Below, in pieces: positions 1 to 40,342 of a DNA stretch of 64,000 bases. The DNA comes from Phoronis australis (Eukaryota > Animalia > Phoronida), in NCBI GenBank assembly GCA_002633005.1, contig NMRA01000001.1, positions 1,876,952 through 1,940,951 on the forward strand, given 5' to 3'. The notes under the pieces were generated by a model. It saw only the letters and a program-made list of their open reading frames with translations, was not told the origin of the DNA and ran no database searches. Positions within the stretch are counted from its first letter, which is position 1. Each line of letters starts with the position of its first letter. The position numbers were made by a program, and so were the translations under genes.

Positions 1-132
1 ATTGATCCATCATTGCCCCATTCTGATTCATAGGCACAGACAAGGGTTGTGGGTGTGCAGCCAGTGCAGTGCAGTGCAGTGCCTCACCAATTTTTAATTG
101 GTATTTTAGCAACTATGAGAGCCATTTGTTGA

Positions 133-900
<768 letters not shown>

Positions 901-1032
901 GTCTTGTCATTGTAACTTGATGTTTTTTCAGACATATATTGTTAAGCTTGGATACAATCAAAATCTATTTACATTCTACATTTGTGAAATATTTTTAAAG
1001 ATTCTATTTTGTTTGTATCCATTTTGATATGA

Positions 1033-1038
1033 AATAAA
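1033..1038 (+). terminator. Probable polyadenylation signal of the actin gene
   Basis: AATAAA about 130 nt after the actin stop, followed by T-rich sequence. Confidence 0.6.
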
Positions 1039-4000
1039 AATATTTCTTGTAATCGGTATCTTGCGAATTTTGCTTTTTGAAGACCACTAATTTATAGGAT
1101 TGCTCATCTTAACACAGATTTCAACACTATTTGCCATTTTTGTGGAGTCTTTCAAAATCACTGTTGAGTATTGAGGCAATAAACTTCATGATCAATTGCT
1201 TGCTTTCAAAGTATTATCTTGAAATTGGTCTCTACAGTTGTTAATTTTTTAAATACCCTATGTGCTTAGTAATAATTTTTTTGAAGTTCCATGCTGCTGG
1301 AATACCTTGTTAGTCATCATTCTAAAGCTACAATTTAGCTAAATGACAACCACATATCAAACTGAAGCACACACTTTCCAAAGCATTCCAAGCACATTAA
1401 CCCAAGTCCTATATCTCTCAAGTCTGCCACTTGCCAATTAGTGTTAGACTGGAATTTTAGTAGACCAATGTTGATTTAAACCACCTGTTGGTAATGCTTG
1501 GGTTGAGTAAATATATGGTTTATCCATTACCTACAAGTGGTGAATGGGCGGCACAGCACATAGTTGCCTTAGCAACACAACCTTTTGATGGTTGTGAGTC
1601 ATTTTGGTTCTGGGATTATTTGGTAAAGTGAGCTCCATCGTTGACAGTTGTAGATACAAACATATTATATATGAAAAAATTAATTTTAATCCTTAACCCA
1701 ATTTGTTTCATGTACGGGTAGATGAAAAGTACTTAAATCAGGAGATTTGGATCATTTTTTGTTAAAATAGTTGTATGGTAAAAACAGAGCTTGGAGTTTG
1801 CTTCAATTTATAGGATTTCCTCTTTTTTGGTTTAGATTTCCTCTTATTTGACTTCCATTATCCTCTTTTTTCTTCTCTTTTTTATCATTAGTTTGACTTC
1901 CAACATAAGAAATTTTTTTCAGCCCTGTCTGTAGAACAATGCATCATCTATAAACTTTTCTTCTTTGTCATTGGTTGTTTTAAGCCGTTTAGAAAAGACT
2001 GATTTTGAGCACATCAAATGATAGTATTTAAGTGGGTTTTATAGTGCTGGTAAAAAATAAAATTTAGATGTTTTAGAAAGGAGATGGTGTAACTTTTTTA
2101 TACATTTACTAGCTCACAAGAATTAGAACGCATGTGCGTGTCATGACTTGAGCTCACGCACAGCCACATGCTCGCCACACTCATATCAAGGATCAATCAA
2201 TGGTTATTAGAGACATAAAGGAGCCATAGGAGCCCATCTATCATTGAATTTATTTTGTTCACATTTTTTAAATATGAAAATTTTTGGTGTAACTTTGAAA
2301 CTGTATCTTTTTTAACTAGCAAGCAGGTTAGGTGTGGGTGTGTATGTGATTGTTTGTCCTGTCATTGTTTTCGTCCTAAAAATTTTCTATGGTAAATTTA
2401 AATAACTAGATGAAAATTTGTCAGCTAATAAAGTGGCTGCATGTTACTAATTCAGAATTTAAAAGGTGTTCATACATGACTGACTACCCAGCAAACAGGT
2501 CTGGATTAAATTTCAGAATTAATGTTAGCTTGCGATTTCACAGTGAAATGATATGAATAAAAATCAGTGGAGCAAGACTTAATCTTAGCAGGGTTAAAAA
2601 CTTGACAGTTTTTAAATTGTATTCCTGTCTGGGAGTAGAATTTTTAGGATTGTCGTGTTATTTTACTAATGTATCAGATGAAATACGGTACTCAAACAAT
2701 ATGACCATCGTATGTTTGGAACACTGTATGGAGATCTTCTCATGTGTTGATGGTAGTTATAAAATGGCACCATTATACTGTTGCCATACTGTTTGGATAA
2801 TCTCTCATCTATGGCTTGAGTAATGTTGGTGGTATGTCATCAGTTTAAACAAAACAATTGATCAAATCATCAATTCTCATTTTTTCAAGGACGACTACCT
2901 TGTTACAGATTGTCAAAAATTCACGAGGTCTTTCATATCAGTTGCAAGATACAAACCAAAATTCTGGCAGGGTAGTTTATTTTTTTTTCTTTAGAAATTT
3001 TAAAGTCCTACGTACAACTAAACAGCTGAAGCCAAAGTCACTTCAAACCTTCAAACACTTAGTCAGCATCAGTCAACCCCCCCCACCCCGCATTAAAGGA
3101 ATGTTCCATCCTGAAACATTTGTTTTTATGATAGGCGGGATTTTTGTATCGTATTCTAGCAAACTGTACATTCTTAGTCTGGCTACCATGCTAACTCATG
3201 CCTTCAAGCCGCTCCACTGTGCTCCGAAATGGGGAGTTTCTATTTTGACTAAGTTAGCATAACACAGCTTCTTTAAATTTCAATGTTTAAAGTATAAACA
3301 AGAACACATTGTTTTGGTAATTTATTGGCTATGCTGTGCCATGCCAGGCTTGCTTGTTGAATCATCACCTTTGATACTATCTTCAAGTGGTTGCCATTCA
3401 AGATAGTGCCAACAATTTTAACAGCTGCTAATACTTAGCTGGAAATGTTATTCTAGAAATTGGTGCAATAGACATTTTGTTTTCAAGTTTTTGAGCATCA
3501 CCAAGGTAATAGTATGTACCAGAATAATAGAATGGTTGAACAAAATACTGCAGTGAAATTTTGTGTGCTTAGTTGGTTCCATGGTTGTATTCTGCAGCAA
3601 GGCAAAAATTCTTCTGTTTGAAACAAAAATAATTGATTTCTAAAATTACCTTGTTTCTATTTTTCAGAGGCTTGCCACATTGTTGCAAGTGCTTAAAATT
3701 TTACCAAATGTTTTGTAATAGCTATGTCATGCACTCCATGCTAAAAGTGAAGTAAATTTTCCTGAAAGTTTTTTTACTAAGAAATTTGACAAAATCAAAT
3801 TTCACCTGTGTGCCATATTGTGACCCAAACTGAATAATTTATAACACAGATTGATTGTACACCATACTTCCCTATTTGCTTTTTTCTGAAACAAATGAAT
3901 TTCAGCAACTTAACAACGTTAATCCAATTTAAATTGAGAAGGTACCTCAAGGTTCTTGTCAACCTTTGCAAAGTCCTTTCACATTTATCAAATAACTTTT

Positions 4001-5269
4001 TGGTTGTCCACTTTCAACCCTTTAATACGATGAATGTTTTCAGTCATCCAGTTGGATCATAGTATAAGAATCAATAAATCTATTACTGGACTTACGGTAC
4101 GTGGAGATGGCTACGTTGCGTCATCTTCCAACCCTTTATTGTGTATAGTTTCGGAGTCCTTTGCGATGGAAAAATCTTTATTTATAATCGCGTCACCATT
4201 GTTTTTTGTGAAAATCATTATTTTTTGCTTTGTACATGAATTTCTAAACAACACTTACTGTGGTCAACATTGTGTTTGAACTAAACATTCTTATTACCAG
4301 TACAGTAAAAACAGAGATATCAGCCATCAAAATTACTTTTTAAAACATTCCGGTAAGGTTTCATTTTTGACTGCTTTTGTGTTGTTCTAAAAAAATCAAA
4401 AATCTGATGTAGCCATAGACCATAAAATAAGTCGCACTATTTCATGGAATCGACCCATATACTGAAGAAAATGTTCAAAACAGGATTGAAATCACTATCA
4501 GAAATGTTGTTCGTGGGTCAAATCAAGGCATTTGGTCTTCCAAAATAATTTTTTCAAAATTACCTTTTGCTTTTGAAATTCGGTGTGTAGGTAGTCAAAT
4601 ACTTGAAGTTTGTTGTACAACACAAGATATTTTTACATTTTCCCACTTTCCATGTTTTTTCAACAGCTTTTATCCATAAAATCATGTCGAGGACAGATTT
4701 TTTAAAATTTGACTTTTATCAAAACTATCTTTATTTCAGTCGAAGATTGATTTTGATACTGTTATATTATCACACCTGGACTAAGCTTAAATTTGGTAGA
4801 ACCAAGTATTTTAAGTTTCTTTCTAATTAATTAACCAAATGGTGATTTTCGGTCCGTGATGTTTTGGGAATGAAAAGTTGGGATTAGATAAAAAACTAAT
4901 GAGGTTGTTTGCACCAATCTTCAGCTTCTCTAATAACTTCAAGATGGAAATTATATCTCAAAAATTGAAAATTATTGAATTGCAATTGTTTGGATTAAAT
5001 TTGTACATGAAAATCTGAATTCCTGACTTACCAATAAACGTTTGTCATATAAATGCAATCAGCTGAAGATGTCCCAAACAAATTGATATTTTGCAAACAC
5101 CTGTAAGTAATGTTATGAGTGACAATGATTAATACAGATATGACTTAATAAAATATGGTGTGGGTATCGACATTTTCAAATCCCTGAATTTTGACAATTA
5201 CCTTAAGCAAATGAAACACTGAAGATTTTTTGAGGCTGTATTTATTAAGTTCATTTTTTATCAATTAAC

Positions 5270-5595
5270 TCAGTGCTTGACTTGGCAACCTGCAAGTCAC
5301 CAATGTGACCTCAGCTTGTGTTTGGCAACCTTGGAAAATCTTAAGTTGCTACGAAGTCGCCTCTGCGACTATCAAAGTTATACAATAATTCTCCCGTAAA
5401 TTCATTTCAAAGTTTGTGTTGACTTCCAAACTTTTTACCTTTGGTTCACAATTATTTCGTTTATTTCGGGAAATCAGCGCATTTGCCACCACAACAGTGA
5501 GCACACATCAAACGCATTTGAATTATAACAGGAAGTAAACAGATGGAAGTCAGAATTGTTCGGCAAAATCGGGCAAGATTGATGAACCACGCGCC
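5270..5595. mobile_element. Dispersed repeat fragment, probable DNA transposon; homologous in inverted orientation to about 27890-28190
   Basis: Shared blocks, e.g. 'gacttccaaa', 'catttgccacca' and 'aaatcgggcaagattg' versus their reverse complements at 27910-28070. Confidence 0.6.
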
Positions 5596-5661
5596 ACCAG
5601 TGTATGTGGTCATCCGCATTCTATTTTCATTGGTTGGCAGGAGTAATTAGGGATGACTGTA

Positions 5662-7606
5662 CCGTAATCATTCGGGTTAACGCCCATGCTCATTTTCGAT
5701 TTAACCGCCCACTGCTCGGTTAAGCGCCCCCTGCGATTTTTGAAGATTTCCAGTTAAGCGCCCACCTCTCGGTTAAGCGCCCATCCCCGACTTTTAAAGA
5801 ATGAAGATTTAGCGCCTAGTGCTATTGAAACGCTCGATTCCCCGACTTTTAGAAAAAGATCGATGATCACAATGAGTGCAACGACGCCGGGACTCCGAAA
5901 CGGTGGTTTAGCAATCTGAATTACAGTACAGGTAACGAGTTATTGTCTTGGGTCATGAACTCACTTCAAAATATAATACTTGAACCTTTTTGTCACTTTA
6001 TTTTCTTCCCTTGTTTGCAAAGTTTAAGAACGCCGCCGGCGTCAAAACCTCCGCTTTCAGCGACTTTGTCTGCCGTGCTGAGTTTCCGTCTGCAGTGCAC
6101 TTGATAAAACATATATTCGAAAAAATCAAGCCCGAGAAATGTGACAATGGCTTTGCCAACCCTCCAAATTCTATTAAGGTGGGAAGCTCTCTTATTTTGA
6201 ACAAATCTCATAACTCACGGAAAGATGTCAAATTCTCAATATTTTGATGAGTATAACTGCTGGGTTATAGAGGATGTGGGGCGACCGAAGGGACAGTACA
6301 AGTGCTTTACTGGGTTACCGATTTCGTAGGTGCCTGTCGATTTCTGAATTCAAACGTTGGCAATATTGTATGTTTGTGTATGATCTTGAAGTAATAAAAA
6401 ACGGCTAGTCAAATTTTGTTTTTCGCTTATTGCATCTCAGTCAAACTGGTTAGCAGATTTAACTAATGTCGCTGGCTGTTCTTTACTATTTCTTGCGTCA
6501 GCTCCCACGTAAGCGTGACTGTGTGAATTATCGTTTCGACATCCCCTTTTTAGCCATCCAGAATAATTTTGTTTATACATTGGCCATTTTCAGCCTGAAC
6601 AAAAATTCTTACCCTTCGAGTCTGAAATATCTACGACGTAGACTGCTTGATGATAGTGGGTAGGAGATTCACGCAGCTAGTTACAGGGATGGGCTTAGGG
6701 AGTATCGAGCCGGGAAATATTGGAATAGACTTGACATCGCAGTTTTGGGGAACATTGGCAACGGAGGAATATCGTGAAGAACTGGGTCTTTCGTAACAAC
6801 AGCTTAAAAGTACACAGTCACGCCCGTTTTTGTTACTTCGGACTGTCGCTATGTGTGACTGATTTGTAGTGGTGCACGTGCGCAAGTTCCCACACTTTGG
6901 AGTGCATGTTACCTTGACACCAACATGTGATTGACAGGTGACTCACACGTAGGCCCTACGTGCGTGCTGAATACCGCCACTATCTTTGGCCATAAAAAAC
7001 GAGATGCATATTGAAAGAGGCCGTTATATTAGTTGACGGCATTTCCAAGTCACGATTGTCAGCCTGCTGAGACATTGCGCGATAACAGCGGGACCGAACA
7101 GTGCCGCAGTGCGATATTACAAGTGATATAAATAGGATAATCTGGACATCTTGCATGAAAAATAAATGTTTTTCCACCTCGAAGTTTGGTAAGGTGATCG
7201 TTTAAGAATAGTGAATTGAAACATTGCTGTATTCTGACGTTTTGTAACATATTTATGCAGCTGCTCGAAATTTTATTCTTGATCGACGACTGGCTCGACC
7301 ACCCCCGATCCTTGTCTTACTTCTTTGCTTAGCATGTTTGGCGCAACGGCAAGAGAGCAATGCGGGCTGTTGAGATAAGACAGCTAGCCGCAGAACCATA
7401 CGCTGAAAATGTCATTGAGTCTCGGAGTGTCGACTATAACATCCCAAACACAAAAAAAACAGCAGAGTTAAGTTTTTCAAACTTTTATTACAACCGATTT
7501 TAAAACTGCTCTCTGACTCAGAACTTGACAGCTACATATAGTACGAGACTGTAACCATAAATTGGTGTTGAGCTAAGCGTCAAGCGTTTAACTGCTAATG
7601 TATACG
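5662..7606. mobile_element. Tc2/pogo-like DNA transposon remnant; left end clear, right end tentative
   Basis: TA + CCGTAATCATTCGGGTTAACGCCC start with several subterminal TAAGCGCCC motifs (5680-5785). A degenerate inverted match 'aagcgtttaactgctaatgtatacgta' lies near 7582-7608. Confidence 0.45.
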
Positions 7607-8056
7607 TAGGCTATGTATAAGGCAATAGATTGACCTTTATGCATATCTTCTAAGGTAATAAAACAAAATTAACTAAAACCTACTTTTTCTTTATAAATTC
7701 ACCACAAATTGGTTCTTATTGTTTGGCAAATATGTTAGTAACATCAGTGGTGCATTAACATAACTGGCTAGGGCCCAAGGATGAGCTTTAGTTCAAAGCA
7801 TGGGTGGACTGGCCTTGTGTACATTTGGGCAAAGTCAGCCCTCCCTTCAATGTGAGAAATGGGTCCTTTTGCTGGAAATGTCACACTGATTTTGAGACTT
7901 GGCACAGTCGTTAAAATGACTAGCTAATTTTGACAACGAAATTACTGGTGCAAGGGAGTAAAACAGGTTTCTGGGGTTGACTTTTTTGTTGAGTAGTTGG
8001 TGATCAAGTATGACTGTCAATTGTTGTTGCCAAATCTCACCAATTTAGGTCGTTTA

Positions 8057-8135
8057 CCATACAATATACCATACAATATGCTATACAATATACCATACAA
8101 TATACCATACAATGTACCATACAATATACCATACA
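8057..8135. repeat. Tandem repeat, 12-bp unit CCATACAATATA, about 6.5 copies
   Basis: Directly visible; produces the spurious PYNI-repeat ORF. Confidence 0.95.
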
Positions 8136-9774
8136 AGGGACAAGTGAAACCTTATTCTTGTAACAAAGAATGGTTCATTGATTGCAAAAGAATGGTATTA
8201 ATAACGTGGTCAAATTTTATTTGCTATAAATCTTGAAGATGAGATCTCAAAAATTCCTACGTTCTAAAATATCTTTTTGTTTTCGTTTTAGGCAAATTTA
8301 GATTTTTTCATGAAAACCACAAGTGGTGTTTTTATGGCCCCTCATCCAAAGGCGAACATTTCAAAACCAATTCATAACAGTTTTAGGGCGCAGTGCATAA
8401 AGCGTAGTATCTGAAAGTTTCATATGAATGCGGTCAACCATTTAGGAGATGTTATGTTCTGAATTTAGCCACACTTGAAGGTTATCTTGAGGTCCTACAT
8501 AAGCTCTAAGGAAATTAAAGAAACAGATCATATGTTAGCTTTTAGTTAAATGGGAGATTGTTTTCCTTGTGAGTTTCTTGTTTAAAATGTTCACAACCAC
8601 ATTTTGGACACATTTTCCCACACCCATTTGCTCTCTGATGTTGCCATGGTTTTATTTTGTAATTACTTTAACAGGCTTTAACAACACCAATTATGTTTGG
8701 CCTGGCTGTACCACTGCATAGTTTGTCTATGTGCTAGGCCAGGCTTCAAGCTGCTTGCAACAGTTTCAATATATGTTCGTCAGCATACCTTAACATGAAC
8801 TGATTAAATTCAATCTGGTTCATTTTATTTCACCATTAAGGTTTTGTGGGACCTTGTCAATAAATCTATGCAGATGTTNATGCCCCCCCCCCCCCATATT
8901 TTGTGTTCACCTCTGTAGTTCCTTCATGTGTTTTCATCGCATTCTGCAAATAGGTTTTTATTCTTTATTAAGGCTCAATAGATTATGATACGTGTATGGT
9001 GAGAATTGAAACAGAAAAATATTGCATCGCTTTCTCATGCCTCGGGATAGCGAGTGAACATTAATTAGTTTTACCTGATGCTCAGTGTCTCAGTTGTTTC
9101 TGAGTATACTACATGTAAAGCAGGCTTCGAATTCTCAACATTTTACAAACACCACGGAATCTCGGGCAAACAAGTTTTGTCTCATGACGTCACCACATCA
9201 CAGGTAATCCATTCTCTGAGCATCAGAGTCATCCATGAATTGGGTTCGGCGACTCAGTTAATGTAGTAAACTTCAGCAAAAAGGTATAATAGCGTAGCAA
9301 CAGTATCAAAGACCAAACTTTCAATTTTCATCAGAATCACAGAAATCCTATTTTCGATAACCCTCAAGTGGATCAATTTGAAAACGGAATACAGCCTTTG
9401 GAAAACAGAGTATAAAGCATTGTATCTGAAAGTTTCATATGAATCTGATCAGTCATTTCTTTGATATGGTGTTCTCAGGTTCACCAAATATGTGATTTTT
9501 CTGGAGTCCTGCATAACCTTCGTAAGCAAAAAAGAGATTGCTTAATGAAGTGTTGCTATGTTTTGGGTAGCAAAAGGAGTTTTAAAAACAGTCATGTTTC
9601 ATATCTGTTGTCTGTGCAGCTGTAATAGAAATAAAAAACACTCCGTTCTTGTTCAGCTGTTAGTACTGAACTATAGAATTTTGAAATTTCGTATTCTTTA
9701 GAAATTTAAACAATGAAAATTAGTCGTCTTTTCAAAGTTTATGAATCATTAAAACATTTCAATTCTTTTTTCAG

Positions 9775-35807
<26,033 letters not shown>

Positions 35808-36424
35808 TGGGAATGCTTGTGCCTTGTACGGCGTTACGTGATGGCAACGGAACAATACTGTTATAAATTATGGTAGAAACAAAAGCAGTAATGTGCTTCA
35901 CTAAGGGTTGATGCGAAGGGGGATATGTGTGTACGAACGAAAGTTTTGTGGTTATTTAGTACTCAACTTAGAAATCATTCATGGTATGTCTTGTTGACAT
36001 ATCAAATTTAAGTTATATGAGTATTGCCTTGGTACACCCAGTTTCTCACAATGGCGAGTTTTGAATTTTTTATTTAATTTTTTGGCGGCCACAAAATCCC
36101 TAGTCATGAAATGCAAGTTAACACTTGTTTTCTATGGTGAAACTGTGGTCACAATGGAGCTCATAGGTATTATTTTTGCTTAATAAACTGCCTTTACACT
36201 TTTATCTGAACTATGAAGACTCAATTTTTGATCTGAAAAAGCAACACTCAGATTAACTTTAAAATAGGAAAGGTTATTCATTGTCAAGTGTTTTGGAAGG
36301 CTTAATAATGAAGATTAATGATGCGACTGTCGTTTTAAATTACTGTACATATTGGTGATACTGTGTATGTCTGATTAGTTAAGCAACAGTCATGTCTTTA
36401 ATTACTTGGTTTGTGTCATAATGT

Positions 36425-36664
36425 AGAAAATAAATCTGAAACTAAGAAGGCGATCCAGATCCTCCCAAAGATACTATTGTTTCACGAAATATAGAATATA
36501 AATTGGTAAATAAAACAACAAGAACGGATCAACTGAAATTTGAAATTTTCGGATGTAATAACTTCCTTTGTTTCTGTTTCTGTTGACAAAGGAAGTTATT
36601 ACATCCGAAAATTTCAAATTTCAGTTGATCCGTTCTTGTTGTTTTATTTACCGATTTATATTCT
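36425..36664. mobile_element. Short Penelope-like terminal-repeat insertion forming a 79-bp inverted repeat
   Basis: Arms 36493-36571 and 36586-36664 differ at one position. Flanked by a 20-bp direct repeat CTTGGTTTGTGTCA(T/C)AATGT (36405-36424, 36663-36682). The same sequence ends the GIY-YIG fragment at 41105-41180. Confidence 0.85.
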
Positions 36665-37010
36665 TGGTTTGTGTCACAATGTTTATTCTTTGCATTTGAA
36701 ATTTAATATTCATGACATTTTAGATATTGAGTCAGTTTGATCTTTGAGGTGTAGATCAAAAGCTGCAGTTACCAACTGGATGTGATTTTCTTCTCCCATT
36801 TTCGCATATTGCTTTTATTGTGGTCAAATTGATTATTTATTTTAATTAATTAGCTTTGATCCATTAAACGAACTGGAGTGTTATTTGTAACTTCGATTTT
36901 GTTTTATGCCAACCTTAAATGTGAAACTTAAATTATGTCTTATTCATTGGAAAGTTTCTACTTCAGGTAGTCAGTCAAATGCAGGTTATCAGTAATTTTG
37001 TCTTGATTTT

Positions 37011-37655
37011 TGTAACAGGAGTGCCCCTGGACATGATTATGTAAGATATATGCGCCCTCTAGTGGTCAAGCTGTGTATTACGTATGGAATTTTCCTATGT
37101 TGTTGAGTCCTTTGGACGTGGCCAAATATGGTCAGATCCTAGGAGCTATGGGCCTTGCCCTTCAGATCGTGTCTGATTGGTTGAAATTGTGTACTTAAGC
37201 TTTGTCTCTGTCAGACAGGAAGAGTCCAGTCGCAGAGTTCCAGAAGCAAACATTTACACCTTCACTCACACCAAATTGCAACTGTTTGTGCAGCTTTCGG
37301 GCTCCTCCCGAACTTGGCTGCCAAAAGTTTAGCCCCAGCAATTCTCGGGCTCCTCCTGAGCTTGATTGCATCTCACCTTTCGGATCTGAATAACCAAATT
37401 GCCCCGTTCTTGCACACACAACTATTAATCAGCGACTGGCTTGCCCGTGTATCAGAACTGTATAAATCACAACGCTGCGATACTAAATCATATGGAACAA
37501 CTGGATTGCTTGTAAGTGTGGAATATTGTAGTTATTTATTCTTACAATAAACCTATGTATTATTCACCAACTTTTAGTTTTCAATATCACCCTCAGTCCG
37601 CACCGGGCTCGTAAAATCGGTGCGCCTTGGTCGTATAGATACCGCCCCCGTTACA
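37011..37655 (+). mobile_element. Solo LTR (645 bp), Gypsy-like by its 4-bp TSD
   Basis: TGTAAC...GTTACA termini, TTTT on both sides, TATAAA at about 37461 and AATAAA at about 37546; internal duplicated TCGGGCTCCTCC. Confidence 0.85.
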
Positions 37656-38949
37656 TTTTGAAGGTCTTATTGCTGCATGTGCTTATCTAGTTCAAATAAA
37701 GTTTGAGGTGATATGATGCAACTTCAATTTAGAATCTCATTGTTATGTTTCAAGTGAATTTTCTTTACACATAAAACAGTGAATTAAAATGCTAGATACA
37801 TAACAAGTCGGAAGTATTCAAACAAAATGCTGCAGAATTCTCTATTAATACGGCTGAGGGAAGCCGAATTCACCATCAGAGTAGTGTTCTCTCATGACCC
37901 GAGAATGAAGGGGAGGAACTCTAGGGTGGCTAAGACTTTCTACAATAAGAAGTTTGCTCGGCCACCTTGATGGTCATTACCAGTCATTTTGGCTGTTAAC
38001 AGAATCAGCCATCATGACAGAGAAACTTTATTTTGTCTGGTTATTTTTGTCTTGTATTGTGCTCTGTAAACGGAGCACGGTTCACAGCTCGAGTAGTGTA
38101 TTTGAATGCTGTTGGCAGAATAGCTTCCAAATTTTCCTGCTTGACACCTTTTTCAAGACACAAGGCAAACTAAAAGGTATGGTAAAATCTCACTTAATTA
38201 GGACACAGTATGTCAGATGAAATTTTATTTTCTCATTTTTCACATATGATATACAGTACGAGAATGATACTTTGCCATATCTAATTCTGTACAATCATCA
38301 GACAATATTTTGAAAGCTGTGGGCATTCATAATAATGTTAGAAGCCCTTGAAAATGAAAGTGAAATTGTGGCCATTATTTTTCTCCAAAATCGGTGAGAC
38401 TTTACCCCCATCTGAACATAATGCAGAACTCAGTGAACCATGGTGCTCCAGGAATACTCAACTATGTATGTTCAATGTGGTGTTCCTCTGGAAAAAGGGG
38501 ATACTTGCCCTTAAGAGACTTGGTTAAATGAAAACTTCAGGAGTTAATCTTTGACCCCAAGAGGTCGATGATGTGTCAAAGTTGAAATGTTATTTTTTAT
38601 AAAGTTTGGGCTTCATGGGATTGCACAAATTTGATAGTATAGTGAAATACCCATAGTTAGCTTATTAATGACAATTATTAGCAACACACATGAAAATCAG
38701 CTAATTTTTAGGGTCAAGTGAACTCCCAAAATGGGTCCATTTAGGCAAAAAAATGAAAGTTATAGGACAGTCAAATATGGGTCCTGAAACTAAAGGGAAT
38801 GGGCTTTTATGAGATGAGACCAGAATTGTGTATGTAGCCACAATTTTAATTTTTTGTCTCCAGGTTGACCTTTCATGGAATTGCCATATGGTTTTCCCAA
38901 ATGCACAAAAATGGTGATTTATTAAATTTCTAACTGAATGTTGAATAAA

Positions 38950-39420
38950 TTTCCCTTTTCTCCAAGCTCAACCGCAGTTGGGCACATTGCTCGGCCCTGG
39001 AAAAAGTTTCAATTGGGACAGTCACACCTCCAAATTCCGTGATGATGTTACACTTCTCTTCTCAAACGACTAGTCTCTAATTGCTTTAATTTCCTCCTGG
39101 AAGCGCTAGTGTATTATGGGCCAGGCCCTAAGATCCGTTGTAAAGATAATGGCGAAATTTTTGTGCGGGTTCGCTATGTTAATTGGAACTTCACCGTGAA
39201 ACCACCTTTCATTCTTTTTGATAATGCAAACAATAATTTTTGTGTTAACGCAGTTAACTCCGAGTTTCCACCCCGTTGGCAATATCGATACAGTGTATTC
39301 AGTTTTCTCTGTAGGTCGACTACACTGAATGAATATAGGACCACTGAAATTATCTGCATACAACAAATGAAACAGCAACTCCACCATACCAAAAGCCCAT
39401 GTACACCTAAATCTTTCGTT
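38950..39420 (-). mobile_element. Decayed non-LTR retrotransposon (LINE) reverse-transcriptase fragment
   Basis: Across frames: FHLLYADN (YADD-like), DLQRKLNTLYRYCQR / WKLGVNCVNTKIIV, NERWFHG; typical of LINE RT domains 5-7. Confidence 0.75.
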
Positions 39421-39642
39421 TATATATGGAATAAATAGGAATGGTGTTACTTTTGTGACGGCTCTTTGAGTCCGCTGGGACAGTCAAATGCGTATAAACT
39501 AGCACTCAGCCCAACACTAACTTAGCAGCATATGGATCGAAGCATATAGGGAATATTTTACCCTCAATTTTGTGATGTACAAGCTTAAAAATAATAGTTT
39601 ACATTTCTATACATAATAGTAAACAGAATTTGTTAAATGCAC

Positions 39643-40342
39643 NNNNNNNNNNNNNNNNNNNNNNNNNNNNNNNNNNNNNNNNNNNNNNNNNNNNNNNNNN
39701 NNNNNNNNNNNNNNNNNNNNNNNNNNNNNNNNNNNNNNNNNNNNNNNNNNNNNNNNNNNNNNNNNNNNNNNNNNNNNNNNNNNNNNNNNNNNNNNNNNNN
39801 NNNNNNNNNNNNNNNNNNNNNNNNNNNNNNNNNNNNNNNNNNNNNNNNNNNNNNNNNNNNNNNNNNNNNNNNNNNNNNNNNNNNNNNNNNNNNNNNNNNN
39901 NNNNNNNNNNNNNNNNNNNNNNNNNNNNNNNNNNNNNNNNNNNNNNNNNNNNNNNNNNNNNNNNNNNNNNNNNNNNNNNNNNNNNNNNNNNNNNNNNNNN
40001 NNNNNNNNNNNNNNNNNNNNNNNNNNNNNNNNNNNNNNNNNNNNNNNNNNNNNNNNNNNNNNNNNNNNNNNNNNNNNNNNNNNNNNNNNNNNNNNNNNNN
40101 NNNNNNNNNNNNNNNNNNNNNNNNNNNNNNNNNNNNNNNNNNNNNNNNNNNNNNNNNNNNNNNNNNNNNNNNNNNNNNNNNNNNNNNNNNNNNNNNNNNN
40201 NNNNNNNNNNNNNNNNNNNNNNNNNNNNNNNNNNNNNNNNNNNNNNNNNNNNNNNNNNNNNNNNNNNNNNNNNNNNNNNNNNNNNNNNNNNNNNNNNNNN
40301 NNNNNNNNNNNNNNNNNNNNNNNNNNNNNNNNNNNNNNNNNN
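39643..40342. other. Assembly gap (N run)
   Basis: Run of N. Confidence 0.99.

Noticed and set aside
9180-9290. Candidate first exon of TSTD2 (...NFSKK|gt or MTSPHH|gt)
   Set aside because: The NFSKK frame has an upstream stop and no ATG, and the MTSPHH donor is in the wrong phase for the 9775 exon; the first exon is left unassigned.
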